From positions 21,204,001-21,268,000 of the forward strand of contig NW_027361784.1 in assembly GCF_039654945.1 (NCBI RefSeq): a stretch of 64,000 bases of DNA, in the 5' to 3' direction. Shown here in pieces: positions 1 through 10,741 of the stretch. Every line of letters starts with the position of its first letter. The stretch's first letter is position 1. The translations under genes and the position numbers were made by a program. The notes under the pieces are model-generated. The model ran no database searches and had not been told where the DNA came from. It worked only from the letters and a program-made list of their open reading frames with translations. This DNA comes from Dendrobates tinctorius. Its lineage: Eukaryota.

Positions 1-2917
1 AAACGTGTCGGGGGGTTGACTGGTTCAATGGTACTGGTGTTCTGTACCGTATTCAGGTGAGTCAGACGCCCTCGTCTTCAGGTTCCTCGCGTCCTATTGC
101 AGCAGTATTCTATCCCTTATCGAGCACTTGGATAGTCCTCTACCAGACAGGTTTAGTCAATACACGCCATCTTTCCGGTAACTCAACCGTACCCGAAGTC
201 CATCGACTACACCGGCCCGGCTCAACTGTCCCATTGTCAGATGAGTCAGGAATGCCCTCTCTCACGTTCCTCAGGGTTCTTTGCAGTTTTTGCCTAGCTC
301 CTGTATAATCACCACTCGAGGTGAGGTGCCAGCATTTATTACCTCTGGCGGGCTGCAGCTGCGATTTCAAGCCTCTTTCATGTGAGTCTAAGACAGCTTT
401 CAGCTGCATATTTCATAGTCAATAACATCTGTGATTTGTTAACAGTTAAACGTAAAAGGCTACCATGTCCAAACAGAGTGGATCTCTACCACAGAGCGGA
501 CCTCAGTAGCAACATAACTGTATACTCCACCTTCAGGTAGGTCAGACACTCTCGTGTCATGTACGGATGGTCGAGGTTTACTGTGGCATGATCTGGACCC
601 TAAGTGTGAGTTGCTCCACAAGAGTTTTTGTCCCACCTTCTGATCATTTTACAGTAGCGTCCGCAGGCTATCTTTACTGCCCGGTGTGTTACGCCTATCA
701 TTAGTGTTTGGCTAATAGTAGTTTATAGGTTCTAGTATGTCCTAAGGGCCTTCGAGCTACTACAATACATAAGCTCCTTATTTGTCGGAACTTACCTATT
801 CTTTCTTACAGACACCGGATAAAGCCTCCAGCAGCTCACAGATGTGATTTCTGACCGTGACTGGGGCAAGTATCCCACCTCAGACAGGAGTGGGATCTCA
901 CTCTGCGCAAGTATCGACCAGGGTAGAAAGCTGCTCCAGTCTTGGATCTAAGGATGAGTCTGGTGATAACATGTTTCTTATTTCAGCTAGAATTGTATTT
1001 TTTCACTGTGATCTTCGGGCGCTTGTTGTCTTAGACTTAGGCATGCGGATCTACACACTGCAATCCCCTCCCTATTGCAGAGGGTCTAGGATGGATTCGG
1101 CCGTTTACATCGTCATAAGGATTGACCTTCCTTTCATCAGCCTAGTTGTCTTTCTGGGGTCTATTTGATCTACCTAGAGCCAACTTTCTTTGCAGTTGAC
1201 ATACTCCATGTTTTGCCGTGGACTTTCCTTGCTCGACTATTTATTTTTGTAAGTCCAGCTGGACTATTTTTCCCATATTCACCCTCATCCCTGTATGCTG
1301 GGTTTATCTTCCTCTTGATCTCAGTCTGAAAAGTCATCCAGTAGTCTTCAGTCTACCTGCTTAATCAAGCAATCAGTTGTCTCTTCATAGCCAACCTGTG
1401 CCTACATCGCAGCGATGAGATCCAGGTTATCCCCAGGTTCCATTCAGTATGTTTTCAGTGTTCGGTTCTTTAGCAGGTTCTCAGGGCCTGCTCTCAGGTC
1501 TTGTCATATTCTCATGGAACGGACTTTCCAAACAAGGGGGCGCCTGGGTATATCTTTTTTTCTCCTGAGCGCTTCACAAATTAGACTACTTCTGCGACTA
1601 CGAACTACGTCCATTTGGCTTTCGGTTTCACGAGCGAAATTATGCCCAAAGAGGTCCCTCACCATCTTTCCGTTCCTTCCCTGTGGCTCTAATAGGCCAA
1701 ATTATTAAGTAGCTCACCGGAAGGACAAGCGCTCCCCTTCCACAGGCTAAGCCTCGTAGTTCTTCAGTGCTTTTTCCTCAGCATGACGTTTGGGGATCTA
1801 GAATTCAGTCCATCCTTGTTTTTTTCAGGAAGAAATTTTCTTCGTTCAACATTTACCTTCTGTGAATCGCATGATTTTTTTTCCTTGTTCCATGAAGCTC
1901 TTATCAAGGTCCTGATTTCTTCAGGGCTTTGGCGATGTCTGCTCTTGCAACGAACAGGTTCATTTTCCTTTTCAGTTGGTATCTTTCCCTTTCAGACTCT
2001 CAACCACTCCTGGGGTCTTACAGAGTCTGTAGCAGCTGTGGTGCACTTCCTGTGGATCAAGGGTCCACTCTCCGTCATTCTGAATTCCCTTTCTTTCGTC
2101 CGCCTTGGACTTTTCCTTCGTGACGCCCTCTCATCAGGCTACTTGGCCACAGCAACGGTACTTCTCAAGCTCAGGCTTGAAGTGTAGAGGTCCTCTGGCC
2201 TTCAGGTTAGAGTTCTGTTCGCGGAAACTGGTCGGCATTAGTAAGGTTGCCGGCTCAGGAAGGACTGTGTTCTTTTGAGTACAACGCACTCTGCCCGGGC
2301 AGTGAGTGTCCTCTTGACGGTACTCTTTGGGCCTTCGTCTGGCACCTCTGCAGTGCGATGATATGTCCTCCACAGGCCTATAAAGTTTTCAAAGCCCATG
2401 CCTAGCTTCGGCAAGTGTCGATCGGGGTAAAAAAGACCTCGCAGGTGACCTTGCAGGTGACGAGGGTGACTTCCTCGTCCTGAAGGAGCTATTTGCTGTT
2501 CCCTACCCTTGAGAACTGCTTTGGGACGTCCCATGGTTCCTGTGTCCCCCAATGAAGCGATAGAGAAAACAGGATTTTTAGTTGCTTACCGTAAAATCTG
2601 TTTCTCTGAGCCTTCATTGGGGGACACAGCACCCTCCCAAGTTGAACAGCTCGGTTTACTGTATAATATTGTTACAGTTTGGATTTGTGTTTCTGTGGTT
2701 TTTATCTCGTTTACAGATTGCTTCTCCTACTGCTTTCTCACTAACTGAACATCCTACTTCCTGTCGGTAGGGTGTACACTGCGGAGGAGGAGCTAACTTT
2801 TTTTCTGCATAGTGTCAGCCTCCTAGTGGCAGCAGCATACACCCCCATGGTTCCTGTGTCCCCCAATGAAGGCTCAGAGAAACAGATTTTACGGTAAGCA
2901 ACTAAAAATCCTGTTTT
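1..2917 (+). mobile_element. DIRS1-type retrotransposon copy A, 3' part only (left end outside window); coding region decayed
   Basis: Internal complementary region (ICR, ~2531-2629) is the exact reverse complement of the right end (...AAAAATCCTGT-TTT, 2917). Right ITR ~2743-2870 resembles those of the other DIRS copies. Only coding remnants remain: an RT DAYLH-like segment ~1030-1065 and the YR HSAR motif (ACGCACTCTGCCCGGGCAGTG) ~2285-2305. Confidence 0.88.
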
Positions 2918-3394
2918 AATTACCATAATTGGCCCCTTTGCAGTCTCCATGAAGGGTTCCTCTCACCCACCTGCAGACCTCTTCGTAAAAAATGATTCTC
3001 CCATCTTGCGAAATTATGACATTGGTCTAGGATGTGCGAACACTTTATAATAAGTGAGGATGTGCTTTCTAGGACTACGAGTGTTGGTAACGAAAGGGGC
3101 CTCAGTCGTGGTGTCACTCTTCTAAGATTTTCCTGCCTGGAGCCGCACTTAGCACCATAATGGAGTCATCCTTAGTCAAATTGTCCTGCAGCAGACCATG
3201 CGATGGGGAACAAAGAGCCTGTGAAATCCACACCATGCAAAATTACTATTACTACCCAGCTGCAAAAATTATTTTAGCACCAAAATCCTTTCTAGTAGGA
3301 AAATAATTTCCCTCATAAATGTCAATATCTTTTAAGCTTTTTCTGATATATTTGGAAAGAATTTTTGGGCAGAAAAAGATTTTTTTCCTTCCAG

Positions 3395-3579
3395 GTGACC
3401 CACTTCTGTCTACCTCAGCTGCTCCCGCTCCTGAAGCACACGACTTCTTACCTCCATGAGGTGTTTGAGTTTTACGAGGAGATTCTCACTTGCCGATACC
3501 CATATACCTGCTTCAAGACCGTATTCGTAGATGAATCATACACGGAGGTCAACATCTATGCATCCATGAGTATTTTCAG
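3395..3579 (+). CDS. TAF2: TAF2 internal coding exon ([37 protein letters not shown]...YASMSIF)
   Basis: ttccag acceptor, gt donor, 185 nt, phase 0->2; peptide recognisable as vertebrate TAF2. Confidence 0.96.
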
Positions 3580-4185
3580 GTTGGTTTCTTTATTTTTGTG
3601 TATTTTAGCTATTAATCCAATTTGCATAAGACCAGGTCACATCGTGATGGTTAGTGAGGGCAGGGCTGCAGGTAAAGGGAGGGATCAGTCAAGTCGTGAG
3701 TAGACGGTGAGGATGAGTAGCAAGATCCCCAGAAGTGCGGCAATATAATTTAGGCATTTCTCATAAAGGAACCTGCTATATTCACAAGTCCTATTGTCAT
3801 GCAGGCATTGTGTTAATCTGCAGATTAATAGCGTTACATTGCTGCCCGGCCGCCGCACGGAAAGTGCAGCTGCTGGGAGAAAATGTAATTTTCCTGAGTT
3901 TCCTGCGTTCTGATGACGAGTCTTGGTTGTAGATGTTTAAAAAACTCAGAATTACTGATGTGTATTACCCAAGTTATGACCGGATTAAGTCTTGTTACGA
4001 GGACTTTGGCCAGAATCTTGACATCTGACAATAACAGCGGGGTAGGCCTTCACCTTGTACTTGTGCCTGCAACATGGCACCCAGCCTACATTGCTGCCTC
4101 CGTCTCTCAGATGTCCTACAACGAGGAGAAAAAAAGCTAAACTTGTCAATGTGATTTGTTTTATTTATCTTTACTACTTTTGCAG

Positions 4186-4299
4186 CACAAACTTATTGCA
4201 CAGCGCCATGATCATCGACCAGACGCCGCTGACCAGAAGATGTCTTGCGGAGTCGCTGGCCGAGCAGTTCTTCGGTTGCTTCATCTCTAGGATGTCATG
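4186..4299 (+). CDS. TAF2: TAF2 exon (STNLLHSAMIIDQTPLTRRCLAESLAEQFFGCFISRMSW)
   Basis: tttgcag/gtaaag, 114 nt, phase 2->2, continues the frame of the previous exon. Confidence 0.96.
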
Positions 4300-4369
4300 G
4301 TAAAGTGAGACTCTGCTCCCCATTCTCATTTATTACCACCTGCAGGTGCTGTCTCTTTTTAAAGCATCT

Positions 4370-4620
4370 GTCAGCTCAGAATGACTGTTCAAACCAGGCA
4401 CAGACGCTCGGTGTACACTTGGTGTGGCCAAACATATGTGCACATTCCCACCTGCTTGTTTTCCATCTGTCTCCGTTCTTCTCTCCATAAAGTCAGAGCT
4501 GTCAATCAATGAATAGGGAACGGAGATAAAACAAATAGGAGGCACGTTGCACTTAAGTTTGTCCACACCAAGCGAGCCATGAAAGACTGTGCTTGGTTTG
4601 AACAGTCATTCTGTGCTGAA
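4370..4620. mobile_element. small inverted-repeat element (MITE-like)
   Basis: TCAGCTCAGAATGACTGTTCAAACCAGGCACAG at the left is matched by an inverted copy CTGTGCTTGGTTTGAACAGTCATTCTGTGCTGA at the right. Confidence 0.6.
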
Positions 4621-4865
4621 TATGTCATTGTTGGAATTTCTGCAATTTTTTTTTCATTGACAAATAAAATAGTAGAAAAAAACCTGCACAGTAAAATGAC
4701 CAAAACGGTAGTCAGACTTTTTTTTTTTTTTTTTTAAATTAATCCTTGTCAAATTTGATCCTGTGGTAATATGTGATCCTCTGCTAGAAATGCTTCTCAA
4801 AAATCTGTAATGTAAGTCCATGCTAATTACTGCGGTGGGTTAATTGCTGCTGTTTGCATTCTCAG

Positions 4866-4965
4866 GTCTGATGAGTGGGTGCTGAAAGGCATCTCCGGTT
4901 ATATTTACGGGCTCTGGATGAAGAAAACATTCGGTGTAAATCAGTATCGGCACTGGATCAAAGAA
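4866..4965 (+). CDS. TAF2: TAF2 exon (SDEWVLKGISGYIYGLWMKKTFGVNQYRHWIKE)
   Basis: ctcag/gtgag, 100 nt, phase 2->0. Confidence 0.96.
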
Positions 4966-4974
4966 GTGAGGAGA

Positions 4975-5470
4975 TCGGAGTTCTATACCACTTTGTTACT
5001 CCCTGGAGTATGATGGGGGGGCGACTCTATGAAGTACACCTGGGGATTGGGGGGGTGATTCGGTGGAGTATACCAGGGGCGACTCGACTGAGCATACCCG
5101 GAGGCAGGACGGAGTGTACCAGAGGGAGGAACAACTAGTCAGAGTGCGCCAAGGGGGGCATCCTGACTGCAGTACACGCACGGGGGGCTATTCGACAGAG
5201 TACCAGGAGAGCGGCGACTTGTCATAGTAGGCAGAGTGGAGTGACTTGACAGAGTATACGAGGAGGAAGGAGACTCTACGGAAGGTGGAATGGCACCAGT
5301 TGGTGATTATACATGTATGGTGGGGTGATTTGACGTAGTATATGGGTGTAAGGGGGAGAGCGATTCAATGAAGTTTATGCCACTCATTGGAGTTTACGGT
5401 GGTGGGGTGAGAGGGATATGTTGCATTTCAATGGAGTATACCAGGGGCACGTCTCAGTGATGTATTCCCA
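4975..5470. repeat. degenerate G-rich minisatellite (~25-28 bp, GAGTATACCAGGGGGCGACTCGAC-like)
   Basis: Recurring GAGTATAC/GGGGGCGACT motifs. Confidence 0.6.
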
Positions 5471-5483
5471 GTGGTGGTATTGA

Positions 5484-5742
5484 GTCCTCATTCAGATGTA
5501 TCGTTTTTGTTTTTTTTCTTGCATACATACAACACATGCAGTGTAGTCCAATGCACCGTCCACAATTCCGTTTATTATTTTATGTGCACATGAGATTATC
5601 GGATGCCACACTGATTGTAAAAACAACCACATGGACCAAAAATTGATGAAAATCGGATCCAGCACACTGATGGGAACGGGGCAGTTTTTTCCAATATGCA
5701 AGAGAAAAAAAAAAAAAAAGAATGGGACATCTGAGTGAGGCC
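5484..5742. mobile_element. PIF/Harbinger-like MITE
   Basis: TIRs GTCCTCATTCAGATGT / ACATCTGAGTGAGGCC with TGA/TAA flanks. Confidence 0.55.
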
Positions 5743-5988
5743 TAACCTGACTCAATAGTGTGTGTGAAATGGACCTGAAAGGATATACAAACCGAGCTCC
5801 TTTCCATATGATGTGAGTGCTGCTGTCACCGAATTATTGAATGTGACCACAAGGGGGCATCACGAGCCGCCTTCTCTTTGGCTTTTCTGTGACAGATGCA
5901 ATTACGTTACTTTTCCTTTATGGCTGCCTCCTTTACAATTGTTTGGTCATCTGAACTCTGTCTAAGTAATCTGTGTTCTGTTTCCTAG

Positions 5989-6074
5989 GAACTGGATAAG
6001 ATTGTAGCCTATGAGCTGAAAACTGGCGGCGTGTTACTTCACCCAATATTCTCTGTTGGAAAAGAGAAGGATAA
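5989..6074 (+). CDS. TAF2: TAF2 exon (ELDKIVAYELKTGGVLLHPIFSVGKEKD)
   Basis: ttcctag/gtacgg, 86 nt, phase 0->2. Confidence 0.95.
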
Positions 6075-6549
6075 GTACGGACTTAATTTTTTTTTTATTA
6101 AGAATTGTACATGAACATAATATAAATAGATTAGTAATGAGAAGTGTGATCTGTTTGCCACAAAAGGTTCTTTTTAATATACAGTGCATAAGCCGGTGTA
6201 AAGAAACAAAGATATGGCTGCAGGTTCAACCGTTTAATAATTTTTTTCCCCCTTCCAAAAGCCATAACTTTTTTTTCCATAGCTTTTTTTTTTTCCCCCT
6301 GCAATCCTGCCATTGTTTTTTTTTGTGGGTTGGGGAGGTGGGGGGCTGTTCATTTTAACAGCGTTTAATGTGTGGTAACAATGTCCTAGCAACATGATTC
6401 TCCAATTCAGTATAATTATAGTAATAGCAAACTTCATTTTTTTTTTTTTCTGTTTAGTGGCTTAAACAAAAAAATCTGAACTTGCGTTAAAAAAAAAATC
6501 CTTTTTGTTTTTTTTTTGTTTTTGTTTTTTTTTTATGCCTGGTGCATAC

Positions 6550-7919
6550 AATCCGGAACTGGATGATGTTTGCATCAAGAATTTGTTGAAATTTCATTGA
6601 ATCCATTCTTCCCTCTACCTGTGAAATGTTCCACTTGCCATTGGCTGCTACACAACCCCAAAGCATGATTGATCCACCCTCATGCTTAATAGTCGACTAG
6701 ATGTTGTTTTCCTGCAATTCTGCGCCAATTTTCATCTTCGTGACCAAAGAGTTCTATTTTAACCTCATCGGTCAACAGGACTTGTTTCCAAATTGCATCA
6801 GGCTTGTTGAGATGTCTTTTGCATACTTTGGACACTGAATTTTATGGTGAGGACGCAGGATAGGTTTTCTTCTGATGACTCTTCCATGATTCTTCATGTT
6901 CTCTGAACAGTAGAACAATTTACCACATCCCCAGAGTCTGCTACATTTTTTTGAAGGTCTTTTGCAGTCAAGCAGGGTTTTTGGTGTGCGCCTCTACTAA
7001 TCTTACGAGCAGCTCTCACTGACATTTTACTTGGTCTTCCAGACCTTATCTTGTCCCAAACTTTTCCTATTAGCTGCCAATTCATAATTACATTTCAAAC
7101 TCAGGAAATGGCAACTTGAAAACGCTTTGCTATCTTATTATCGTCTTCTCCTGCTTTGTGGCCTCCACCATTTTCACTTTCAGAGTGCTAGTCAGCTGCT
7201 TAGAAGAGCCCATGGAGGCTGTTGTTTGGCACAAGGTTAGAGGAGGCTGGAACTCTGTAATGCTTGGAAATTTGCATCACCTGGCCTTTCCTAACGATGA
7301 TAGTGAGAAAAATAAAATGATGAACTCCGGCACTCTAAAAATTAGTTTATTATGAAGACAATGGGCAAGATTGTTGTGGTTGTTGGACCCAAAGAAAGTT
7401 AGAACAGACATATAAATATCAACGTATCGGCAGAATTCAGCCTTTTTCAAGAAAATGCTTCTATAGCATATTAGATGTATACTTCCATCCAGTAAATATG
7501 GTGAGTGATTACACTGGTGAGGGTCCAAATAATTTTTAGAATGCTGGAGTTGATCATTTTATTGGTTTATCTTTTCCCCAGAGAACCTATTCCATAAGCA
7601 GTGAGCACCCCTCTTCAAACATTTGATGATAGTGAACAAGCCATAACCCTAACAGGCTAATTAAGGTCTGAAACCTCAGTCAAGTTATCTGAGCACACAA
7701 ATCTCCAAGGGTGTACATACTTTTGCATTGGCCCATTTTCCTTTTTGTAATTTTTAAAATGTAAAGAATGACTATATAGTTTTTTTTTTTGCCTAAAATA
7801 CAAAGAAAATTTGTCATCTTTAACTTTAGCCCTTTTAGAGCTCATTTCATCTTCAACTTGCTTAACTGTTCACATTAACAGTAATTTTGACCAGGGGTGC
7901 ACAAACTTCTATATGCCAC
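6550..7919 (-). mobile_element. decayed Tc1-like transposon fragment
   Basis: Minus-strand remnant RSGRPSK...P.LTAKDLQ...STVQR (6894-7085) of the Tc1 HTH region; TIR-like end CCAGGGGTGCACAAACTTCTATATGCCACT followed by ATG/TA. Left boundary approximate. Confidence 0.75.
7307..7624. mobile_element. 318-bp insertion with 11-bp target duplication, possibly Penelope-like fragment
   Basis: Flanked by GATGATAGTGA at 7296-7306 and 7625-7635 inside the Tc1. Internal inverted copy AACTCCGGCACTCTAAAAATTA / TAATTTTTAGAATGCTGGAGTT. Confidence 0.55.
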
Positions 7920-8309
7920 TATGTTAAGACAGACACTTTATAGAATATGGACACTTTTTGGAGCATTTTTTCTACCTTAAATGCATGTATTTTTAACAGT
8001 TGTATGTCATAAAAATTCTGCCTCTTATATTTCCATTTAATTGAAAATCCTGAAGAGTTTATAAGTCTGTGGGATTGTCCCACAAAGTACATTGTAATCA
8101 ATAGATCTTGGAACCATAATAATTTCCACAATTGGAGGTGTTAAAAAAAAAAAAATGCTCCTGTACTGAGATCTTCTGTGTGAGTTTGAAGGGAACCTGT
8201 CTTTCAGAATTTCCAGTAGAAAAAGTAGGACCCTGCTTCCTGTTCTGTTGCCATCCAGTCACTCCATTGTACCAAAATCTCCTTTATTCATATGCAAATT
8301 AGGCTTGCA

Positions 8310-9130
8310 ATGGCACGGGGGTGGGGGGATGTGTGAGTGCACTGAGGGGAGGCAGTGTATGAGTGCACTGGGGGGAGTGTATGAGTGCACAGAGGGGGGG
8401 AGGGATGTATGAGTGCACAGGGGGGGGAGGGATGTATGAGTGCACAGAGGGGGGAGGGATGTATGAGTGCACAGAGGGGGGAGGGATGTATGAGTGCACA
8501 GAGGGGGGAGGGATGTATGAGTGCACAGAGGGGGGAGGGATGTATGAGTGCACAGAGGGGGGAGGGATGTATGAGTGCACAGAGGGGGGAGGGATGTATG
8601 AGTGCACAGAGGGGGGAGGGATGTATGAGTGCACAGAGGGGGGGAGGGATGTATGAGTGCACAGAGGGGGGAGGGATGTATGAGTGCACAGAGGGGTGGA
8701 GGGATGTATGAGTGCACAGAGGGGGGAGGGATGTATGAGTGCACAGAGGGGGGAGGGATGTATGAGTGCACAGAGGGGGGGAGGGATGTATGAGTGCACA
8801 GAGGGGGGGAGGGATGTATGAGTGCACTGAGGGGGGAGGGATGTATAAGTGCACTGAGGGGGCAGGTGTATGAACTGCACTGAAGGGGGAGGGATGTATG
8901 AGTACACTGAGGGGGCGTATGTATGAGTGCACTGTGGGGACGGATGTATGAGTGCACTGAGGGGGGATGTAGGATTGCACTGTGGGGGTGTACGTATTAA
9001 TGCACCGAGGTGGGGATGTATGATCACTGCACTGGGGGATGTATTGCTGCACTGAGGTGGGAGGTATCGGTAGTGGAGGTATCAGTACACTGAGCGGGGA
9101 GTGTATTGGTGCACTGGAAGTTGGGTGCAA
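8310..9130. repeat. minisatellite, ~27-29 bp unit GAGGGATGTATGAGTGCACAGAGGGGG
   Basis: About 20 near-identical units that degenerate towards 9130. Confidence 0.95.
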
Positions 9131-9416
9131 CGTTGCATTGGGGGGTCCGATTATCGGTGCACTTGCAGTCGACTGCGTCTTCCCACCGGCGCTGTCCCTG
9201 CTTATTTGACAGTGAACTAGAGGCTGCTCTGCCTGTCGTCACCTCTGATCTCCACTGTTATTCAAGATGCGTGGATGCGGCGCTGCTGGGAAGACACTAA
9301 TATGAGCCTATGAATACAACATTGAATTTTTAAGAAAAAGTTACCAGGGCAGTGGAAGTATTCTGCGCTTACTGGAAAGATGACATCCGCAATTGGATGT
9401 AATATGTAGGTTTATT

Positions 9417-9457
9417 GTCAATGCGTTTCAGAGTCACACCGACCCCTTCCTCAGGAC
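9417..9457 (-). ncRNA. minimal type I hammerhead ribozyme motif (antisense to TAF2)
   Basis: Minus strand reads GUC-CUGAGGA-AG-GGGUCG GUG UGACUC-U-GAAA-CGCAUU-GAC. Confidence 0.6.
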
Positions 9458-9478
9458 GGCCATGTCTTATGTATTGTA

Positions 9479-9519
9479 GTCCTGAGGAAGGAGTCAGTGT
9501 GACTCTGAAACGTGTTGAC
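9479..9519 (+). ncRNA. minimal type I hammerhead ribozyme motif (sense to TAF2)
   Basis: GUC-CUGAGGA-AG-GAGUCA GUG UGACUC-U-GAAA-CGUGUU-GAC: CUGANGA and GAAA cores, stem II intact, stem III a CpG-decayed ACGCGU palindrome. Confidence 0.65.
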
Positions 9520-9536
9520 AATAAACCAGCATATTA

Positions 9537-10741
9537 CCGTATATACTCGTGTATAAGCCGAGTTTTTCAGCACATTTTTTTTTGTCCTGAAAATGCCCCC
9601 CTCTGCTCATACACGAGTCAGTTGTTCCAGAAAGCCGTTGGCGGAAATGAATATTAATTTCTCTTATAGCCTGCAGAGTGACAGTCGCAGCCGCCAGATT
9701 CCAGAAGACATCATACTCGCCTTCCAGTGTGTCCTGCATCTCGTTGGTCCCGGCACCCTCGCAGCATCTTGTTGGTTCCAGCTTCCAGCAGCTCTTTCTG
9801 TGCTGAGTGATCACGTGGCACCTCTCATTAAGTTAATGAATATGCATGCGTCTCCACTCCCATAGGCATGAAGGGAATATTTATTACCTTAAAGAACGGT
9901 GCCATGTGATCGCTCAGCACAGGAAAAGCTGCTGGCACCATAACGAGGTGCGAGGGCGCGCTGGAGTGTTAGTAGAATGTTTGGACAGCTATGGGGAGAT
10001 CCACGCATACCAGGACAACTACGGGAGGCGGGGAGCCATGCATACCAGGACAGCTACGGGGGGAAGGGGAGCCATGCATACCAGGACAGCTACGAGGGGG
10101 AGCCATGCACACCAGGACAGCTATGGGGGAGAGCCACGCATACCAGGACAGCTACGGGGGGGGGGGGAGCCATGCATACCAGGACAGCTGCGAGGGGGGG
10201 GAGCCATGCATACCAGGACAGCTATGGGGGGAGCCATGCATACCAGGACAGCTACGGGGGGGGGGGGAGCCATGCATACCAGGACAGCTACGGGGGGGGG
10301 GGGAGCCATGCATACCAGGACAGCTACGGGGGGAAGGGGAGCCACACATACCAGGACAGCTACGAGGGGGAGCCATGCACACCAGGACAGCTATGGGGGA
10401 GAGCCACGCATACCAGGACAGCTACGGGGGGTGGAGCCATGCATACCAGGACAGCTACGGGGGGGAGCCATGCATACCAGGACAGCTACGGGGGGGGGAG
10501 CGATGCATACCAGGACAGCTACGGGGGGGGGGGGAAGGGGAGCCACGCATAACAGGACAGCTACGAGGGGGAGCCATGCACACAAGGATAGCTATGGGGG
10601 GGAGCCACGCATACCAGGACAGGGATGAGGGGACAATGCATACCCGGTTTATAGTCGCGTCAATAAGCTTACCCAGTTTTCCGTGGCAAAATTAGGTGCT
10701 TCGGCTTATACTCTGATCGGCTTATACTCGAGTATATACGG
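9537..10741. mobile_element. Tc2/pogo-like non-autonomous DNA transposon
   Basis: TIRs CCGTATATACTCGTGTATAAGCCGA / TCGGCTTATACTCGAGTATATACGG, TA duplications at 9535-9536 and 10742-10743; the interrupted sequence resumes after it. Confidence 0.85.
9985..10645. repeat. minisatellite, ~30-36 bp unit GAGCCATGCATACCAGGACAGCTACG(G)n
   Basis: About 19 units inside the MITE. Confidence 0.95.

Noticed and set aside
3261-3288. Resembles the reconstructed empty site of the B/C pair (TGCAAAAAATTATTTTTAGC..AAAATCC)
   Set aside because: Short and AT-rich; the target flanks of A, D and E do not share it.
8259-9130. Long Pro/His/Cys-rich ORFs in several frames
   Set aside because: Translations of a stop-poor minisatellite; open in most frames and without splice context.
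9846-10695. Gly-rich repeat ORFs and a CRISPR-like look
   Set aside because: Minisatellite inside a MITE; the 'spacers' are only G-runs, there are no cas genes, and the context is eukaryotic.
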